Shown piece after piece: positions 36,522 to 40,638 of a DNA stretch of 40,638 nt. The stretch comes from Myxococcota bacterium (GTDB lineage: Bacteria > Myxococcota_A > UBA796 > SXON01): the NCBI GenBank assembly GCA_040386535.1, contig JAZKFH010000065.1, positions 12,468 to 53,105 on the forward strand, in the 5' to 3' direction. The notes below the pieces were generated by a model. That model was given only the letters and a program-made list of their open reading frames with translations, was not told where the DNA came from and made no database searches. Within the stretch, counting starts at the first letter, position 1, and each line of letters starts with the position of its first letter. A program made the translations under genes and the position numbers.

Positions 36522-37319
36522 TCACGGGAAGCGGGCCAGCTCGACGGGGTCGTGCGCGCAGAACACGCGGGCCTCGCCGGTGCGGGCGAGGGCGAGCAAA
36601 CGTGCCTGGTTCGCGATGCGCGCGGTGTCGTCCATCGCGATGAGCCGCTCGAAGGTGCGGAACAGGCGCGGCACCTCGGTGCCCTCGACCGTGGCGCGGT
36701 GAAAGTAGGCGTCTCCGGCGTGCAGTTGCCACCCGTCGGCGGTCTGGACGGCGACCCCGGCGTGGCCGCGCGTGTGGCCGAAGAGCGGCACCAGGAGCAA
36801 CTCAGGGGGGAGCCCGCGCAGGGTGTCGACCGCCTCGAACCCGAACCACCGGGTGCCGCGCGTCCGGTACATCTCGAAGTCGGGCCAGTGCGCCCACTGG
36901 ATCGGCCGGTAGCGCTGCTGCTCCTTGAACGTGGACGACAACATCGCCGCCTCGTGCTCCTGCAGCATCACGTGCACCTTGGCGTGCGGAAAGTCGGCCA
37001 TCCCCCCGGCATGATCGAGGTCGAGGTGCGTGAGCACGATGTGGCGTACGTCGGCCGCGCCAAAGCCGAGCCGCTCGACCTGACGGAGCGCGGTCTGCGC
37101 GGGATCGAGGCGCGGGCGGGAGCTCGCGAGAAAACCCCGGCCGAGGCGGGCTACCGGATCGTGCACGTCCGCGGTGCCGAGCCCCGTGTCGACCAGCACG
37201 AGGCCCGCCTCGGTCTCGACGAGCAGGACGTGGCACACCATCCCCGCGTGCCCCGGCCCCACGACGAGACGCGGCGCGAAGGTGCAGAGCGTGGCGCAGT
37301 CGAGGTGGTGGACGCGCAA
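36522..37319 (-). CDS. MBL-fold metallo-hydrolase
   Basis: VDTG.G, THLDLDHAGG, GHTRGH, AGDAY, C.HDP; TTG start at 37319 (MRVHHL) with GGAG RBS. Confidence 0.9.
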   Translation of the reverse strand: MRVHHLDCATLCTFAPRLVVGPGHAGMVCHVLLVETEAGLVLVDTGLGTADVHDPVARLGRGFLASSRPRLDPAQTALRQVERLGFGAADVRHIVLTHLDLDHAGGMADFPHAKVHVMLQEHEAAMLSSTFKEQQRYRPIQWAHWPDFEMYRTRGTRWFGFEAVDTLRGLPPELLLVPLFGHTRGHAGVAVQTADGWQLHAGDAYFHRATVEGTEVPRLFRTFERLIAMDDTARIANQARLLALARTGEARVFCAHDPVELARFP

Positions 37320-37560
37320 TCGGGACTCCGTACGCTCAGAGGGTGCCTTCGTAAGGAGGGGCGCGGGCGCAGTCAAAGGGGTGTTCCCGGCGCGAGGGGC
37401 CCAGAAGGCGGCGCGGGCGCACGGGGAGCCGACGATCCGCCACCGTCCGACCGCCCGCGCCGGTCGGACGGCGCGCAGCCGGCCGACGGAGGCCGACCGG
37501 CCGACCCTGCCGGGGCCCGACCCCGCGTCCTCGCGGGGGCGCGCCCGTCGTCTGCGCGCC

Positions 37561-39219
37561 CTACGCCGCCTTCAACGCCGCCGCCGCCTTCCCGCGCACC
37601 CACCGATCGTAGGCGATCATGCCGACCGTGCTGGCGAGCCCGATCGCCACGAAGGTCCACCACACCTGGCCGGGCTGGTACGTGCTGTAGAGGAACATGC
37701 GTAACGACGCGGCGGTGGCGGCCTGGCCGTTGGGGAGCGTCGGCATCGCGGTGAGCGCGAAGTCGAGCACCTCGCCGCGCGGGAGGTGCTCGGCGAGGCG
37801 GGTCATCAGCGCCGGCCCGTCGAGCCCAGAGAACGTCGCGAGCGCCTGCGCGGTCGTCGTGGCGTCCACGGAGCGGGTGAGCTCGACCAACGCCTCCTCG
37901 GAGACGCCGCCGCTGCGCGCCTTCTCGAGCCACGCCGTGGCGGCCGCGGGCGCGCCGTGTTCGGCGAGCGCCTCGCGGGCGAGGTTGATTTTGTCGCCGC
38001 GCTCCTCGTAGGACGCCCCCGCCACGAGGCTGCCGAGCACCCATCCGATGCCGTCGGGCATGTTCGCGTACCCGAGGTAGAGCGCCCGCTTGCCCGGGGG
38101 CGCGAGCGATGCGAGGTACTCCATCTTCTTGGGCGAGGACAACATCTCGCCGATGGTGAACGCCACGATGCCCGCGAGCACCACGTACACGTTGGCCGTG
38201 TACACGAACGCGATGAGCGAGAGGCTGGCGATGCCCATGCCGAGGATCGTGCTCGTGAGCGTGCTGACGCGCGACGAGAGCCACGCGAACAGGAACATCG
38301 TGCCCATGATCATGATCGCGTTGAGGTTGATCAGCCGCTCCTGCGGGATGTTGACGCCCCGCGCGCCCTCGGCGATCCACGTCTCGTTGCCGACCAGCTG
38401 GCCGAGCGACGCGAGCAGCCCGGAGCTGTCGGTCCAGTCGTCGACGTAGTTGGGGAGCATGTCGAAGAGCTGGTGGAACCCGAACCAGAAGCCCGCGCTG
38501 ATGAAGATGAACCCGAGGAGCACGGGGCTGGTGAACAGCTCGACGACGCTCTCGCGCACCAGCACGAACGGCCCGCGGGTGTCCTTCTCGCCGCCGCGCT
38601 CGTCGGTCGGGTCGGTGTAGAAGAACAGCGGGATGAGGTTGGAGAGCACGATCAGCGAGCACGTGGCGAACACGCCGTGCCAGCCCCACCCCATCGTGTC
38701 GCGCGTGAACGCGGGGATGAACGCCGCGAACGCCGCACCTACGTTCACCGACTGGTAGAAGAGGCCCCAGCCCATCGACGCGCTGCCCTTCGAGTTCGCG
38801 ATCGAGTGGGCGAGCGTGCCCTGGATGCCGGGCTTGAAGATGCCCGTGCCCGCCGCGAGCATCTGCGTGCCGAGGAGCATGCTCCAGAAGCCCGTCGCCA
38901 TCGCCATCAGCGCGTACCCGGTGGCCTTGAGCACGACCGACACCGCGATGGTGCGCTTGTACCCGAACCGGTCGGCGAACCCGCCCGCGAACGTCGGCAG
39001 CCAGCTCTGCATGGCCGCCCAACACGCGAGCATCGTGCCCTTCTCGGTGTGGGAGAGGCCCGGGCCGCCCTCGCTCGGCGCGAGCACCACGAACACGGGC
39101 ACGACGAGGCGCACGCCGTAGTAGGCCATGCGCTCCATGAGCTCCATGAAGATGCAGAGCCAGAACACGTAGTCGAACGCGCGGAGCTGGGCGCCGAGGC
39201 CTTTGTCGGGGGTAGACAT
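37561..39219 (-). CDS. MFS transporter, POT/PTR-like, with a large soluble insertion before the last TM
   Basis: ELMERMAYYG (ExxERxxYY), GG.ADRFG, G.G.FKP, FY..VNVG, GEM..SP. Confidence 0.88.
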   Translation of the reverse strand: MSTPDKGLGAQLRAFDYVFWLCIFMELMERMAYYGVRLVVPVFVVLAPSEGGPGLSHTEKGTMLACWAAMQSWLPTFAGGFADRFGYKRTIAVSVVLKATGYALMAMATGFWSMLLGTQMLAAGTGIFKPGIQGTLAHSIANSKGSASMGWGLFYQSVNVGAAFAAFIPAFTRDTMGWGWHGVFATCSLIVLSNLIPLFFYTDPTDERGGEKDTRGPFVLVRESVVELFTSPVLLGFIFISAGFWFGFHQLFDMLPNYVDDWTDSSGLLASLGQLVGNETWIAEGARGVNIPQERLINLNAIMIMGTMFLFAWLSSRVSTLTSTILGMGIASLSLIAFVYTANVYVVLAGIVAFTIGEMLSSPKKMEYLASLAPPGKRALYLGYANMPDGIGWVLGSLVAGASYEERGDKINLAREALAEHGAPAAATAWLEKARSGGVSEEALVELTRSVDATTTAQALATFSGLDGPALMTRLAEHLPRGEVLDFALTAMPTLPNGQAATAASLRMFLYSTYQPGQVWWTFVAIGLASTVGMIAYDRWVRGKAAAALKAA

Positions 39220-39434
39220 CGGGGGAGGCTACCTCGTTGGGGGCGGGTCTGGGGGACGAGGGGCGCCCGGTGCCGCGCGGACGCGACACCGTCGGCCCCC
39301 TCCGGTCTCGCGGCGAGGCCGCTCGGTCCCGCCGCGGCGTCGGGGACCGGTCGCCCGAGGCGGGCGCCCGACCTCCGGGCGCCTGGCGCGGGGGCTTGGC
39401 GCGGGGGTTCCGGGGTGGGGCTTGGCGCGGGGGC

Positions 39435-39468
39435 GGACCGGAGTCGGTCGATCTCGCGACTGCGGGCC
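39435..39468. repeat. Degenerate, shortened copy of the GGACCG(G/C)AGTC hairpin repeat downstream of the HUH gene
   Basis: GGACCGGAGTCGGTCGATCTCGCGACTGCGGGCC matches both arms of the 40397-40543 units. Confidence 0.75.
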
Positions 39469-39497
39469 GTGAGCGAACGCCATCGCTACACCTGGCC

Positions 39498-40304
39498 CTA
39501 CACCTGGCGCTGCCCCGCCGACGCCAGGGAGGCGGCGATGGCGGCGTCCTCCAACGCCAAGCGCAACCGGGCCGCGCGCACGAGCGGCTCCGGCGCCGGC
39601 CGATCCGCGACGATGCGGCGGACGGCACGCGTCGTGATGCCGAGCGTATTGGCGAGGCCTACGAGGTCGACCTCGCTGGCGCGGGCGAGGTGGACGGCGG
39701 CGGCGCGAGCGTCGGCATCCAACGGCGTACGCCCGTCCAGCACGGGCCCGCAGCCCGCGGCCGCAGCCACGGCCGCGCCGATCCGCGCGGCGCCGGCCTC
39801 TCGCACGCGCTCCGCCGACGCGGGAACGAGTGGAGTCGCGGGCAAGCCGACGTGGGGGTACGCCACCCGGAGGCGGTAACGGGGGAGCACTTCCGCGAGT
39901 TGGAGCGTGAGGCCGGGGACGATCCGGGCCCCGACGAGCTCGGGAAAACACGAGCCCGTGGTGAGCGCGGGGTGCTCCGCGAGGCCGTGGTGCGCGGGCT
40001 GGGTGAGGAAGTAACGAACGAGGGTCTCGAGGTGGGCGCGATCCCGGATGGGCGAGCGGTGCGCGACGTTCACGTCGACGTCGACGGTGGCCCGCAAGCC
40101 GAGGATCAGCGCCCGGCACAAGTGCCCGAGCCGCGCCTCGTCGCAGTACACCGCGAGGTGCAGGTGGTCGTCGACGAGGGCGAACAACACGACCACGTCC
40201 GCGGCGGCGCGACCCACCGCGTGGAGGACCCGGCGACGCATCGCCTCGCCCGGGGCCAACGGCAGGCGGCCGACCGAGGTGAACGTGAGGTGCACGAGCT
40301 TCAT
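39498..40304 (-). CDS. HUH Y1 nuclease, REP-associated tyrosine transposase (RAYT/TnpA-REP)-like, with C-terminal HTH-like extension
   Basis: N-terminal HLTF; HUH motif VDDHLHL; catalytic RYFLTQP.HHGL (cf. YI..NP...GL) and downstream P...GS; C-terminal LANTLGITTRAVRR; flanked by palindromic repeats. Confidence 0.75.
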   Translation of the reverse strand: MKLVHLTFTSVGRLPLAPGEAMRRRVLHAVGRAAADVVVLFALVDDHLHLAVYCDEARLGHLCRALILGLRATVDVDVNVAHRSPIRDRAHLETLVRYFLTQPAHHGLAEHPALTTGSCFPELVGARIVPGLTLQLAEVLPRYRLRVAYPHVGLPATPLVPASAERVREAGAARIGAAVAAAAGCGPVLDGRTPLDADARAAAVHLARASEVDLVGLANTLGITTRAVRRIVADRPAPEPLVRAARLRLALEDAAIAASLASAGQRQV

Positions 40305-40396
40305 GGCGCGCGAACGCTGCACACCGATCGGGCGCATGCCAAGAGCTGACGACGAATTCGGTGCACGAGGCGGAGGATCCTGTGCAAGGGGCGGGA

Positions 40397-40543
40397 GGAC
40401 CGCAGTCGGCCGTTGACCGGGCATCTCGCGACTGCGGTCCGCGTGGGAGGACCGGAGTCGTTCGATGCCCAGGCATCTCGCGACTGCGGTCCGCGTGGGA
40501 GGACCGCAGTCGTTCGATGCCCGGCATCTCGCGACTGCGGTCC
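40397..40543. repeat. Tandem array of three 52-bp REP-like units upstream of the HUH gene
   Basis: Hairpins at 40397-40440, 40449-40492, 40501-40543, each starting within GGGAGGACCG(G/C)AGTC. Confidence 0.9.
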
Positions 40544-40638
40544 GCGGCGGACATCGCGGCGGACATCGCGGCGGACATCGCGGCGGAGGAGCGGCGGAGG
40601 AGCGGCGGAGGAGCGGCGGAGGAGCGGCGGAGGAGCGG
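40544..40638. repeat. Short tandem repeats: 3 x GCGGCGGACATC then at least 5 x GCGGCGGAGGA, running off the window
   Basis: Direct reading of the sequence. Confidence 0.9.

Noticed and set aside
39498..40304. Classical IS200/IS605 insertion sequence
   Set aside because: No tnpB and no recognisable subterminal LE/RE pair; the C-terminal extension and multiple dispersed hairpins fit a RAYT-like gene better.
40397..40543. CRISPR array or integron attC cassettes
   Set aside because: Identical 8-nt linkers, no cassette ORFs, no GTTRRRY core and no integrase or cas gene.

Overview
Very GC-rich (roughly 70-75% by eye) bacterial chromosomal window. MopE-type repeat lipoproteins and many secreted hypotheticals suggest a Myxococcota/deltaproteobacterial-like genome (inference). 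The main features are: (i) a minus-strand futalosine-pathway menaquinone cluster (polyprenyl synthase, menG, ubiX, mqnE, a fused mqnA-mqnC, a probable aminofutalosine deaminase, mqnP/ubiA), followed by a Phd-VapC toxin-antitoxin pair; (ii) housekeeping and accessory genes (purF, DEDDh exonuclease, GT4, PARG-like TIGR02452, MBL hydrolase, POT/MFS transporter, TetR/GbsR regulators); (iii) a run of secreted or lipoprotein genes, including a HEAT / M43 zincin / TPR-pentapeptide-channel unit; and (iv) at the right end, a divergent HUH-Y1 (RAYT/TnpA-REP-like) nuclease gene flanked by 44-nt hairpin repeats. The same 44-nt hairpin architecture, with compensatory stem changes, recurs in tandem arrays inside the menaquinone cluster 29 kb away. 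This is the most notable signal: an apparent REP/RAYT-like system with unusually long, internally looped repeat units. Several other dispersed and tandem repeats and multiple leaderless-type promoters are present. No rRNA, tRNA or CRISPR array was seen. Start codons were adjusted by eye where the ORF track was clearly over-extended.
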